Shown: piece after piece, positions 1-9,341 of the stretch
How the letters are laid out: every line of letters begins with the position of its first letter
How positions within the stretch are numbered: position 1 is the first letter of the stretch
NCBI GenBank assembly: GCA_038893835.1
Contig: JAWAQR010000015.1
Coordinates: 1-29,954 of the forward strand
Source of the DNA: Archaeoglobaceae archaeon
GTDB taxonomy: Archaea; Halobacteriota; Archaeoglobi; Archaeoglobales; Archaeoglobaceae
DNA: 29,954 nucleotides
Direction of reading: 5' to 3'
Translations under genes and position numbers: made by a program
Notes under the pieces: generated by a model
The model's database searches: none
Told to the model about the DNA's origin: nothing
The model's input: the letters and a program-made list of their open reading frames with translations, nothing else

Positions 1-1071
1 GATGGAAAATACAAGGTAGATGAAGACAACATAAAACTCGAAAAACGCTATGGAGGTAGCGTTAAAGATACACAGCTTGTAGAGGGTATTGTCATCGATA
101 AAGAAGTCGTTCATCCCGGAATGCCAAAGAGAATAAAGAATGCAAAGATCGCAGTTCTAAAGGCGTCTCTAGAAGTTAAAGAAACTGAAACTGACGCTGA
201 AATAAGAATAACTGATCCAGAACAGTTGCAGAAGTTCATAGAACAGGAGGAAAGAATGCTAAAGGACATGGTAGATAGAATAGTAAAAGCTGGAGCAAAT
301 GTTGTCTTTTGCCAGAAGGGAATCGATGATCTTGCACAGTACTACTTGGCAAAGGCTGGAGTTCTTGCGGTAAGAAGAGTTAAACAGAGCGACATTGAAA
401 AGTTGGCAAAAGCTACTGGAGCAAAGATCTTGACAGATCTCAGAGAAATAAGCCCATCTGACCTTGGAGAGGCTGAACTTGTTGAAGAAAGAAAGGTTGG
501 AGATGAAAAGATGGTATTCGTTGAAGGTTGCAAGAATCCAAGGGCTGTTACAATACTAGTCCGCGGAGGGAGCGAGCACGTGGTTGATGAAGTTGCGAGG
601 GGAATTGAGGATGCTATAAGAGTCGTTGCATGTGCTATAGAAGATGGAAAAGTTGTTGCTGGAGCAGGAGCTCCAGAAATGGAGCTAAGCCTTAAGCTTA
701 AGCAATGGGCACCAAGCATCGGCGGTAGAGAACAGCTGGCAATCGAAGCCTTTGCAGAGGCGCTCGAGATAATTCCGAGAACTCTTGCCGAGAACGCCGG
801 TATAGATCCAATAGACGTCATCGTTAACCTGAGATCAGCTCATGAAAAAGGTCAGAAGTATGCTGGAGTCGATGTTGACACTGGAAAAGTCGTTGACATG
901 AAGGAGAGAGGAGTTATTGAACCTCTAAGGGTAAAAACACAGGCAATACAGTCTGCCACAGAAGTTGCCGTGATGATATTGAGAGTTGATGACGTGATAG
1001 CAGCCAAAGGACTTGAGAAAGAAAAGGAGAAGGAGAAGAAAGAAGAGAAAACGGAAATGCCTGAATTTTAA
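1..1071 (+). CDS. Thermosome (group II chaperonin) subunit, 5'-truncated by the window edge
   Basis: Frame is open from base 1 ([15 protein letters not shown]...[15 protein letters not shown]). Group II chaperonin motifs include [24 protein letters not shown] and ILRVDDVI. Charged C-terminal tail. Alpha versus beta subunit not resolved. Confidence 0.97.
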   Translation, partial: DGKYKVDEDNIKLEKRYGGSVKDTQLVEGIVIDKEVVHPGMPKRIKNAKIAVLKASLEVKETETDAEIRITDPEQLQKFIEQEERMLKDMVDRIVKAGANVVFCQKGIDDLAQYYLAKAGVLAVRRVKQSDIEKLAKATGAKILTDLREISPSDLGEAELVEERKVGDEKMVFVEGCKNPRAVTILVRGGSEHVVDEVARGIEDAIRVVACAIEDGKVVAGAGAPEMELSLKLKQWAPSIGGREQLAIEAFAEALEIIPRTLAENAGIDPIDVIVNLRSAHEKGQKYAGVDVDTGKVVDMKERGVIEPLRVKTQAIQSATEVAVMILRVDDVIAAKGLEKEKEKEKKEEKTEMPEF

Positions 1072-1075
1072 TCAA

Positions 1076-1092
1076 TTTTTTAAATCGTTTTT
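1076..1092 (+). terminator. Probable archaeal oligo-T terminator after the thermosome gene
   Basis: T tracts immediately after the stop codon. Confidence 0.35.
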
Positions 1093-1110
1093 GGGTAAAA
1101 TTTAATTACC

Positions 1111-3420
1111 GTGGCATACATTATGCCAATGAAGGAGCTTTTTCGTGAAGTAGAAAATGCTATCGAAACAGCAATTAAAAATAAGCATCGTTTTCTAGTC
1201 TTTTTATGCTCAAGTAGTTTAAAGGGAGCTCTCAAAGTTTGTGAAAAGATAATTGAAAGGAGTAAGGAGAAGACCGGTAAGAGCGATTTGTTGATAGTTG
1301 GAAGGGAAAATTTTCTGGAAATAGCAAAGCATTTTGAAGGAGTTCTCATACATTGGAAAGATTCCGCCCAAGTGCTTGGAAGAACTTTCTCTTCTTTAAT
1401 AATGGACTTCTCTGAAGGTTTTCATCCAAACGATCTTGGCATTGTTGTGGAAACTGTTGAGGAAGGGGGGGCAATAGTTGCTATCTCTCCACCATTGGAA
1501 ACTTGGTTTGATATGAAGAGCAGATGGCATGAAGACATAGTGAGCGAACCTTATACAATAGAAGATGTTGTTGGCAGATTTTATCGCAGATTTATAGAAA
1601 AAACACTTGAAGCGGAAGGAATAATTGTATATGATGTGGACAAGGATTTGCTGGTAAAAAAATACGAATTTAGGTCAGAAGTTCCTCCTAGGGAAGAAAT
1701 AACGATACCGGAGTCTACAAAGATAAAGAAGAAGCTGTATAAACTCTGCGCAACACAGGATCAGGTCAGAGTTCTTACAATTTTCGAGAACTTCTTTGAA
1801 AGAAAAAAGGAAAGAAAGGCTATTGTAATAACTGCCGATAGGGGAAGAGGTAAGACAGCAATCCTCGGAATAGCAACTCCTCCACTGATTTCAAGATTAC
1901 AAAGATTGCTGAAAAGACCAGTAAGGGTTATGGTTGTAGCTCCAACACCTCAAGCAGTTCAGACGTATTTTAAATTTTTAATTAAGGCGATGAAGAGGCA
2001 GGGAATGAGAGAATTTTTTGTGAAAAAGAGCGAGGAAATGATCACGGTTGTTAACAGCAAGTATGCGAGAGTGGAATATGTAGTTCCAAGGAGAGCAATT
2101 GAAGAGAAGGATTTTGCAGATATCCTAGTAATCGATGAGGCTGCAGGAATAGAGGCTCCTGTTTTGCTAAAAATAACTGAGAATGCAAGACACATGATTT
2201 TCTCGACCACAGTACATGGTTATGAAGGTACTGGAAGGAGTTTCAACATTCGTTTTCTGAAGAGACTTGAAAGTGATGAAAGTGTTGAAGTTGAGAAAAT
2301 TCACATGTCGGAGCCGATAAGATATGGAAGTGGGGATCCGATAGAAAAGTGGCTTTATGATGTCTTACTTTTAAATGCACAACCAGCGGAAATTGATGAG
2401 AAGGACCTTGAAAAGATAAAGAATATGGAGCTTGAATTCAAAATGCTCGACAAGGATGAACTTGTTAAAAACGACAAACTTCTTAGAGAGTTTTTCGGAA
2501 TCTATGTTTTAGCCCACTATCGCAATCGTCCATCAGATCTTGCAATATTGCTTGATACACCAAACCATATCCCTTTTGCAGTCTTTGTCAATGGAAAGGT
2601 GGTTTGTTCCCTTCACGTTGCAATCGAGGGAGGTCTTGATGATGAAGTTATAGAAAAGATCAAAGGAGGGTATAAGCCAAAGGGGCAGATAATTCCTGAT
2701 CTTGCTCTTAAACATTTCTGGAATTATGAATTTGCGAAACAGAAAGGGATTAGGATTGTAAGAATTGCCACACATCCAAGTGTGATGAACTTGGGAATAG
2801 GTAGTTTTGCTTTAAAGAATATAATAAAATTTGCAGAGGAAAATTATTTAAACTGGGTTGGATCAGGATTTGGAATTTCCAATGAATTGCTCCGCTTCTG
2901 GCTCAAAAATGGGTTTATACCAATTCACATAACCCCACAAAGAAATGAAGTGAGTGGAGAATATACTGCAATCGTTTTGAAGCCAATAGGGGATAGGAGA
3001 AATGTAGAAAAGATGAACTCAGAATTCATAAGGAGATTCATCGAGTATCTCGGTGATGAACTCAGCGATTTAGAAGTTAAAACGGCGATAATGGTACTAA
3101 AAACGCTTAAAAGTGAAATAGATGCATGTATTCCAAAGTTCGGATACGTTGAAGTTGAAAGGCTTCAGAAATACTTCGAGGGACTTGGGTTCTACGAATA
3201 CATCTCCGACCTTGCAAGACCTCTTGTGAGATTTTACTATTCAAAACTCGGTGATGCCAAGCTCGATGAAATAGAGGAAGAGATTCTGGTTGCGAAATGT
3301 CTGCAACTCTTACCATGGCGAGACATTGCTGTGGAAGGGAAATATAGAATTCTTCTAAACGCGCTGAAGAAAGTCTGGGATTGGTTTATAAACAGGCAAA
3401 ATTTATTAATATCTCAGTAA
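1111..3420 (+). CDS. tmcA: tRNA/rRNA cytidine N4-acetyltransferase (TmcA/Nat10 family)
   Basis: Helicase-like motifs TADRGRGKT, DEAA and STTVHGYEGTGR; AHYRNRPSDL; GNAT motif IVRIATHP...GIGS. The start may instead be ATG 1123 or 1129. Confidence 0.95.
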   Translation: MAYIMPMKELFREVENAIETAIKNKHRFLVFLCSSSLKGALKVCEKIIERSKEKTGKSDLLIVGRENFLEIAKHFEGVLIHWKDSAQVLGRTFSSLIMDFSEGFHPNDLGIVVETVEEGGAIVAISPPLETWFDMKSRWHEDIVSEPYTIEDVVGRFYRRFIEKTLEAEGIIVYDVDKDLLVKKYEFRSEVPPREEITIPESTKIKKKLYKLCATQDQVRVLTIFENFFERKKERKAIVITADRGRGKTAILGIATPPLISRLQRLLKRPVRVMVVAPTPQAVQTYFKFLIKAMKRQGMREFFVKKSEEMITVVNSKYARVEYVVPRRAIEEKDFADILVIDEAAGIEAPVLLKITENARHMIFSTTVHGYEGTGRSFNIRFLKRLESDESVEVEKIHMSEPIRYGSGDPIEKWLYDVLLLNAQPAEIDEKDLEKIKNMELEFKMLDKDELVKNDKLLREFFGIYVLAHYRNRPSDLAILLDTPNHIPFAVFVNGKVVCSLHVAIEGGLDDEVIEKIKGGYKPKGQIIPDLALKHFWNYEFAKQKGIRIVRIATHPSVMNLGIGSFALKNIIKFAEENYLNWVGSGFGISNELLRFWLKNGFIPIHITPQRNEVSGEYTAIVLKPIGDRRNVEKMNSEFIRRFIEYLGDELSDLEVKTAIMVLKTLKSEIDACIPKFGYVEVERLQKYFEGLGFYEYISDLARPLVRFYYSKLGDAKLDEIEEEILVAKCLQLLPWRDIAVEGKYRILLNALKKVWDWFINRQNLLISQ

Positions 3421-3422
3421 TT

Positions 3423-3665
3423 ATGAGAGTCATGGAGCTGAAGGAGAAAGTCATCGAAATCGTTGAGAAAGAGATAAAACCACTCCTTTTAAGAGATGGA
3501 GGGAGTGTTGAAGTTGTGAGCGTTGATGAGAGAAGTGGGACTGTTCAAGTAAAGCTTCTTGGTGCATGTGGGACGTGTCCGATGTCTATGATAACGCTCA
3601 CAGCATTCGTTGAGCGAATAATAAGAAATAGAATACCTGAAATAAAGAGGGTTGTTCCAGTTTAG
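3423..3665 (+). CDS. NifU/Nfu C-terminal domain Fe-S carrier protein
   Basis: IKPLLLRDGGSVE...LLGACGTCPMS (CxxC) Nfu signature. Likely start is ATG 3423 or 3432. Confidence 0.9.
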   Translation: MRVMELKEKVIEIVEKEIKPLLLRDGGSVEVVSVDERSGTVQVKLLGACGTCPMSMITLTAFVERIIRNRIPEIKRVVPV

Positions 3666-3667
3666 AT

Positions 3668-4102
3668 ATGATTTACTTGCTGGAACCGATAAAGAAAGTT
3701 GTGATCGAGGATATAGCCTATTCTGGTGAAGAGGTAAAGGAAAAATTTTTTGGAGGTTTTTGTGATTGTGGAGGAATAATGCTTCAAAAGATCTGGCTGA
3801 ACGTCGAGAATTTAAGGATTTTAATTTCGGAATGTGAGAAGTGCTGGAAAAACAGCGCATATTTCTTCAACTCGAGAAAGTTCATAAAAAAAGAGGAGGT
3901 TAAAGTAGTTGGAAGAGGAGAATTCGTGGAATATCTGAAAAACTATCTCAGCGATCTTGAGATAGAGGCGATAATAGAAAAGGCAAAAGGTAAACCTTAT
4001 AGACCCTCTGATCTTTCGAGGGCTAAAAAGAAGTTGAATGACATGAACATTTCTTTGGAAGAAGTGATTGAGACCATAAAATGGTTCCAAAAGATAGGTT
4101 AA
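3668..4102 (+). CDS. Hypothetical protein with four-Cys metal-binding motif
   Basis: 144-aa ORF tightly packed in the operon; CDCGG...CEKC motif; helical C-terminus. Confidence 0.75.
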   Translation: MIYLLEPIKKVVIEDIAYSGEEVKEKFFGGFCDCGGIMLQKIWLNVENLRILISECEKCWKNSAYFFNSRKFIKKEEVKVVGRGEFVEYLKNYLSDLEIEAIIEKAKGKPYRPSDLSRAKKKLNDMNISLEEVIETIKWFQKIG

Positions 4103-4662
4103 AAACTTATCTACATCTCACGGATGCTGCATCGATATCTAGGAGGTATTTTATAATAGGATTTTTCGATGGAATCCTTACAATGGCTGGAATGATAGTT
4201 GGCGCCTTCATTTCGGGTCACAACGATTCTAGGCTGATAATAACAGTTGGTGTTGCAACAGCTTTGGCAATCGGAATTTCGAGTGCTTGGGGTGCATTTG
4301 AAGCTGAGAGAATAGAGCAAAAGACTGTAAAACGTAGGAGAGAAAAGCACATGCTCTCAAAATTTGGAAGAAATAACATAATAGATGATGCGCATAAATT
4401 TGCAGTCTTTGTAACATCCTTAATACACGGAATTGCGCCAATATTTGGTTCCTTCATCCTGATAATTCCATATCTCATTTTTCCACCTTTCGAGGCTTTT
4501 GAAACTTCGATTGTGATCTGTTGCACTAGTCTTTTCATTCTTGGAGCAGTAATGGGTCGAATGATTGAAGAAAATGTGTTTTTAAACGGATTGAGAATGC
4601 TGCTGTTTGGGACCCTTGTAATGCTCCTAGTCTTAATCCTAAATCCCACTCACGTAATATGA
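4081..4662 (+). CDS. VIT1/CCC1-family membrane protein (putative Fe/Mn transporter)
   Basis: RRYFIIGFFDGILT, ISSAWGAFEAERIE and several hydrophobic helices. Confidence 0.85.
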   Translation: MVPKDRLKTYLHLTDAASISRRYFIIGFFDGILTMAGMIVGAFISGHNDSRLIITVGVATALAIGISSAWGAFEAERIEQKTVKRRREKHMLSKFGRNNIIDDAHKFAVFVTSLIHGIAPIFGSFILIIPYLIFPPFEAFETSIVICCTSLFILGAVMGRMIEENVFLNGLRMLLFGTLVMLLVLILNPTHVI

Positions 4663-4670
4663 TTTTTAAA
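4663..4670 (+). promoter_or_regulatory. TATA box for leuD-type operon (leaderless spacing)
   Basis: TTTTTAAA about 27 nt upstream of ATG 4691; no Shine-Dalgarno motif seen. Confidence 0.5.
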
Positions 4671-4690
4671 CTCTCATAAGAACTTCATTT

Positions 4691-5170
4691 ATGGGAAGAG
4701 CTTGGAAATTTGGTGATGACGTTGATACAGATGTGATAATTCCGGGGAAATATCTGATTTACAACGAACCAGAAGAGCTTGCCAAACATGCATTTGAAAA
4801 TGTGAGAAAGGATTTTGCCATTAAAGTTAAAAAAGGGGATTTTATAGTTGCTGGAAGAAATTTTGGCTGTGGGAGTAGTAGAGAACATGCAGTTCTAGCG
4901 CTTAAAGGTACAGGAATTTCTGCTGTTATAGCAAAATCCTTTGCAAGGATATTCTTCAGAAATGCGATAAATACCGGACTGATGCTCCTAGAATGCCCTG
5001 AGACGGATAGAATAGATGATGGAGATGAAATTCAAGTAGACTTTGAAGCTGGGGAAATAGTGAACTTAACGAAGTGTGAAAGATATAAGATAAAGCCGAT
5101 GCCAAGCTTTTTAATGGAAATAGCTAGGATAGGGCTTATAAACTACTGTAGGGAGAGGATGATGAAATGA
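4691..5170 (+). CDS. leuD: 3-isopropylmalate dehydratase small subunit (LeuD/HacB family)
   Basis: [35 protein letters not shown]; adjacent to a leuB-type gene. Confidence 0.92.
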   Translation: MGRAWKFGDDVDTDVIIPGKYLIYNEPEELAKHAFENVRKDFAIKVKKGDFIVAGRNFGCGSSREHAVLALKGTGISAVIAKSFARIFFRNAINTGLMLLECPETDRIDDGDEIQVDFEAGEIVNLTKCERYKIKPMPSFLMEIARIGLINYCRERMMK

Positions 5171-6153
5171 GAATTGCAGTAATTCCTGGAGATGGTATAG
5201 GGAAGGAAGTTATGGATTCTGCAATCGCCGTTTTGGAGGAGCTTGACTTAAAACTTAAATTTGAATTTTACGAAGCTGGAGATGAAGCTTTGAAAAAGTA
5301 CGGAAAAGCCTTGCCAGATGAAACGCTTGAAGCTTGTAAAAGAAGCGATGCTGTGCTTTTTGGTGCAGCTGGAGAAACGGCGGCAGATGTAATTGTGAAA
5401 CTCAGGCAGGAGTTAGATACATATGCAAACGTTCGTCCAGCAAAGGCGATAAAGGGTGTTAAGTGTCTTTATCCAGGATTGGATATAGTGGTTGTGAGGG
5501 AGAACACAGAATGCCTTTATAAGGGCTGGGAGTTTGAGGTTAATGGTTCAGCATTTGCGATCCGATTGATCACTAAGAAAGCTTCGGAAAGAATAGCGAG
5601 ATTTGCATTTGAACTAGCTAGAAAGGAGGGTAGAAAAAAGGTTACAGCTATACACAAGGCGAATGTGATGAAGAGGACTTGTGGAATCTTTAGGGATACG
5701 TGCAGAAGAATTGCTAAAGAATATAGTGAAATTCAATTTAACGAATACTACATCGATGCCGCTTGCATGTATTTGGTCATGGATCCATTCAGGTTCGACG
5801 TCATAGTGACTACGAACATGTTTGGAGACATAATCAGTGACCTTGCCGCAGGTCTCGTTGGCGGCCTAGGATTGGCTCCTTCTGCGAATATTGGGGATAA
5901 AGTAAGCATTTTCGAACCTGTTCATGGAGCAGCGTTTGATATAGCTGGAAAGGGGATCGCGAATCCAACTGCCATGATTCTAACTTCTTCCATGATGTTA
6001 AAACATCTTGGATTTTTTGAAGAGGCGAGGAAAATTGAATTTGCAGTGGAAAAAACGATTTTAGAAGGAAAGAAAACCCCAGACATTGGTGGGAACCTGA
6101 AGACTGTTGAGTTCACAAGAGAAGTAATAAGAAACTTGAAAGAGCTGAAATGA
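5167..6153 (+). CDS. leuB: 3-isopropylmalate dehydrogenase (isocitrate/isopropylmalate dehydrogenase family)
   Basis: [45 protein letters not shown]; 4-nt overlap with leuD. Confidence 0.92.
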   Translation: MRIAVIPGDGIGKEVMDSAIAVLEELDLKLKFEFYEAGDEALKKYGKALPDETLEACKRSDAVLFGAAGETAADVIVKLRQELDTYANVRPAKAIKGVKCLYPGLDIVVVRENTECLYKGWEFEVNGSAFAIRLITKKASERIARFAFELARKEGRKKVTAIHKANVMKRTCGIFRDTCRRIAKEYSEIQFNEYYIDAACMYLVMDPFRFDVIVTTNMFGDIISDLAAGLVGGLGLAPSANIGDKVSIFEPVHGAAFDIAGKGIANPTAMILTSSMMLKHLGFFEEARKIEFAVEKTILEGKKTPDIGGNLKTVEFTREVIRNLKELK

Positions 6154-7061
6154 GGCTTTTGACAATAGGTATTGGCCTTAGAGGAGCTAGGATAGTTGAA
6201 AAACTTTACAAAAAAGGGGTTAAAGTAAACAGGGCTCCCCTTTTCAAATGCTTCGCTGTTCTGGGTAATGAGAATCAGATAAAAACGATAGCGATAAAGG
6301 ATGAGAGAAAATTCTATGCTATAAGCAGAAAAAGCGTTCCAGGAATAATAAACTCGATTACCAAGATTTACGAACTTTGGGAGGGGGGTTTAACGATTTT
6401 CTCTCTTGAAGACGATTACGCTTTTGAAGTTGCAGTTGAGCTGAACGAGAAGATAAAAGAAATATTTGAAGATCCTGTGATAAGCCTTGTCTTGACTCCA
6501 ACTCTTGGAAATATGGATTTAGCTGAGTTGAAAAGAAAGATGATAGAGATTAGGAAAAAGTCAGACATCTTACTCCTTTTCGAAGGAAAACCTGATGTTG
6601 AGGAGAAGATTTTGAGCTCAATGAATTTACTGGCATTGGCCGGGGAATTTGATCTTAAAAAGAAGGTTGCGGGAGAAGTTGTTATCGATACCTCCGACAT
6701 CTTCAATGCCCTCAAATCGGAAGGATTCTCGATAATTGGTTTTGCTGAGAAGAAAATATCTTTTGAGATTTTCAGAAAAAAGAGCGAGTTAAAGGCAATG
6801 AGGACTAAAAGGATGTTGGAGCTATACGATCTCGCCTTGCAAAATCTCAGCATTTCAGGAAGACTTGAGGAGGCGAAGTCTTCTCTAATTCTTTTTGCCG
6901 GACCAAAGGAGGAAATAACGATGGAGGGACTTTTCGAAGTGATCGAAAGAGTTGAAAGAATAAACAGTTCTATTGAAATAAGATATGGCGATTGTCCATT
7001 GCAGGGTAGGAAAGTTTCTTTAATCTTGCTTTTCTCTGGAATCAAGAGTATCAAGTTCTAG
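6150..7061 (+). CDS. Divergent tubulin/FtsZ-superfamily (CetZ-like) protein lacking the GGGTG(S/T)G motif
   Basis: N-terminal [16 protein letters not shown] (T1-like), GEVVIDTSDIFNAL (T7-like), C-terminal IRYGDCP...LLFSG resembling CetZ. Confidence 0.7.
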   Translation: MRLLTIGIGLRGARIVEKLYKKGVKVNRAPLFKCFAVLGNENQIKTIAIKDERKFYAISRKSVPGIINSITKIYELWEGGLTIFSLEDDYAFEVAVELNEKIKEIFEDPVISLVLTPTLGNMDLAELKRKMIEIRKKSDILLLFEGKPDVEEKILSSMNLLALAGEFDLKKKVAGEVVIDTSDIFNALKSEGFSIIGFAEKKISFEIFRKKSELKAMRTKRMLELYDLALQNLSISGRLEEAKSSLILFAGPKEEITMEGLFEVIERVERINSSIEIRYGDCPLQGRKVSLILLFSGIKSIKF

Positions 7062-7811
7062 GGATAAAATTCTGTAGATAGTTCCGTGATGGACCATTCT
7101 TTTCTTTATTCTGAGTTTAAGTAATTTGAGACAAACTTCGTCAACTTCGAATTCAAAATCATATTTTACATCCTTTAACAGCAAACCCTCTGCTGGGGAA
7201 GGTGGAACGCGAAATTTGAACTTTTCAGGCTGCAACATTTTTTCAAACCATTCAATCTCTTTTCCCTTTCCAACCAATTTCAGCGCAGTTACGATGCACC
7301 TCACCATGTTCCAAGTGAAGGCATTTCCCTCGATTTCGAAGATAAAAAAGTTTCCTTCCTTAGTCAGCTTCACGTCGAATATTTCTCTTTTCCCACCTTT
7401 CCAGCCTCTTGTGAAATTTGAAAAATCGTGGACACCTTTAAGAAGTTCTGCGGCTTTAAGCATTCTTTCAAAATCGTAATCTTCGTTGAAAAAAACGTAG
7501 GTGTAAATTCTGCTTTTTGCCTTTCTTGGGTTGAAGTTTTCTTCAACTTCCTTATAAGCCCAGGCGATTATGTCAGAAGGTAAAGCCGAGTTCAAAATCC
7601 TTGGATTAATTTTCTTTTCACATTCAAATGCCACTACCTGTCCAAGTGCACTTACACCAGCATCAGTTCTTCCGGCAAATTTAGGTTTTGAAAATATCCC
7701 AATTTCCTGAAGAGCTTTTCTTAATTCCCCTTCAACAGTTCTCAAATTTGGCTGATATTGGCTACCAAAAAAATTTTCACCAAAATAAGCTATCTTGAAT
7801 GCATACTTCAT
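7020..7811 (-). CDS. truA: tRNA pseudouridine(38-40) synthase
   Basis: AYFG..F.GSQYQP, AGRTDAGVSALGQ (catalytic Asp), GVHDFSNF, GNAFTWNMVR. Confidence 0.95.
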   Translation of the reverse strand: MKYAFKIAYFGENFFGSQYQPNLRTVEGELRKALQEIGIFSKPKFAGRTDAGVSALGQVVAFECEKKINPRILNSALPSDIIAWAYKEVEENFNPRKAKSRIYTYVFFNEDYDFERMLKAAELLKGVHDFSNFTRGWKGGKREIFDVKLTKEGNFFIFEIEGNAFTWNMVRCIVTALKLVGKGKEIEWFEKMLQPEKFKFRVPPSPAEGLLLKDVKYDFEFEVDEVCLKLLKLRIKKRMVHHGTIYRILSLELDTLDSREKQD

Positions 7812-8104
7812 TTTTTGAGTATTGCATTGACAAACTGGTTTACAGTTGCGAGTTTTCTAAGTATGACGTTTTTCACGTTCATCTGCCCTTGATAATATCC
7901 AACTGCAGCTCCGACGAGGAATAAGAACTCTATGTCGTCCAACTTGTATTTCTCTTTTAATTGCATAAGCTCATTAACCTTCGTTTCCGGTAAAACATCT
8001 GCCTTCTCTTCCTTTGTCATCAAGGTATTCTCATCTATTTCCCATTTCTTCTTCAATTCCTCAAATGCATCCATCAATATAGAAGTTCTTGTCTCGATGT
8101 CCAT
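7808..8104 (-). CDS. Hypothetical protein
   Basis: 98 aa from ATG 8104; stop overlaps the truA start by 4 nt. Confidence 0.75.
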   Translation of the reverse strand: MDIETRTSILMDAFEELKKKWEIDENTLMTKEEKADVLPETKVNELMQLKEKYKLDDIEFLFLVGAAVGYYQGQMNVKNVILRKLATVNQFVNAILKK

Positions 8105-8139
8105 GTTACATCGATTACGTATCACTTAAAAACTTTTCC

Positions 8140-9279
8140 CTAATCGTTTATGCAGAGCATGTGGCCGAGTTTATCCCTCTTTGTTCTAAGATAGGCGAGA
8201 TTTTCTTCAGTAGGCTTAACTTCTATAGCCTCTCTTTTTACTTTGAAACCATATTTTGCCAGTTCTTCAATTTTCAATGGGTTGTTTGTAAGAAGCCTTA
8301 TGCTTTTAACTCCAAGATCCATTAGAATTTGGGCGGAAATACCATAGCTTCTCATATCTGGTGGAAATCCAATTTTTATGTTCGCATCAACGGTATCTAC
8401 TCCATTTTCTTGAAGCTTGTATGTGATGAGCTTGTTTATCAGACCAATCCCTCTCCCCTCGTGTCCTCTCATGTATATTAGCACACCTTTCCCTTCTCTG
8501 TCTATCATCTTTAAAGCGCTCTCCAACTGCTCTCCGCAATCGCAGCGAAGAGAGTGGAGAACGTCTCCAGTAAGACATTCCGAATGAATCCTTACGAGAA
8601 CATCTTCGGAATTCACGTTCCCCTTCACCAAAACCAATATTTCTCCAATTGGGCTTTTGTAGCCTATTGCTTTGAATGTTCCATAAAACTTCGTAGGTAA
8701 CGTTGCTTCAACAACTCTTTCGACTATCTTTTCATTTTTCAACCTGAATTCTATCAGTTCCCTTATGCTTATTATTGGAATTCTATTCTCAGCAGCAAAT
8801 TTTTCCGTATAATCCCTACCAGCAACCTCTCCTTTTGGATTGAAAAGGGGAGCATATACTGCAATGGCTTTAAAACCGGAAAGTCTTGCAAGATCTGAGC
8901 AAGCTTCAGCTATTCCTGGTCTTTCGAGAACACCCATTTCCTTGGTTTCTTCCACGAATATCCTTCCAGGAACCTTTATTTCTGCTGGGGACAATTCTGA
9001 GTGCACTATCCTCCTTATGAATTCCGCCCTGTCCTCAGCGGATATCTTGTCTTTCTTTGGATCTATCGGAATTTGGTTTCCGTTAAAGTAGTAAAACTTG
9101 TTTAATCCTAATGAAGAAATCTTTGTCCAAGGCAAAGATATTCTGATCTCATCGCAATTTCTCATGATGAAATTGATCTTCTCCGCCGTGACAAGCTCGG
9201 CGGGAATGCATAGAAAACTTGCATCATCTTGAACGATGACGAATTTTCCTTTTTTTAACTGAGAAATTAAGTCCTCCAT
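8140..9279 (-). CDS. ribA: RibBA-type fusion: degenerate DHBP-synthase-like domain plus intact GTP cyclohydrolase II
   Basis: RIHSECLTGD...RCDC, EGRGIGL, LLTNNP in the C-terminal half; N-terminal half has RibB-like pattern. Start set at ATG 9279 (MEDLISQLKKG). Confidence 0.9.
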   Translation of the reverse strand: MEDLISQLKKGKFVIVQDDASFLCIPAELVTAEKINFIMRNCDEIRISLPWTKISSLGLNKFYYFNGNQIPIDPKKDKISAEDRAEFIRRIVHSELSPAEIKVPGRIFVEETKEMGVLERPGIAEACSDLARLSGFKAIAVYAPLFNPKGEVAGRDYTEKFAAENRIPIISIRELIEFRLKNEKIVERVVEATLPTKFYGTFKAIGYKSPIGEILVLVKGNVNSEDVLVRIHSECLTGDVLHSLRCDCGEQLESALKMIDREGKGVLIYMRGHEGRGIGLINKLITYKLQENGVDTVDANIKIGFPPDMRSYGISAQILMDLGVKSIRLLTNNPLKIEELAKYGFKVKREAIEVKPTEENLAYLRTKRDKLGHMLCIND

Positions 9280-9341
9280 GGTTTTAAGGAATCGATTGGC
9301 AATATAAATATTCTTATACTCAACAGTCCATCGTTTCACAA

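Noticed and set aside
1015-1050. Purine-rich GAGAA(A/G) repeats at the thermosome 3' end
   Set aside because: Explained by the low-complexity Glu/Lys tail of the protein.
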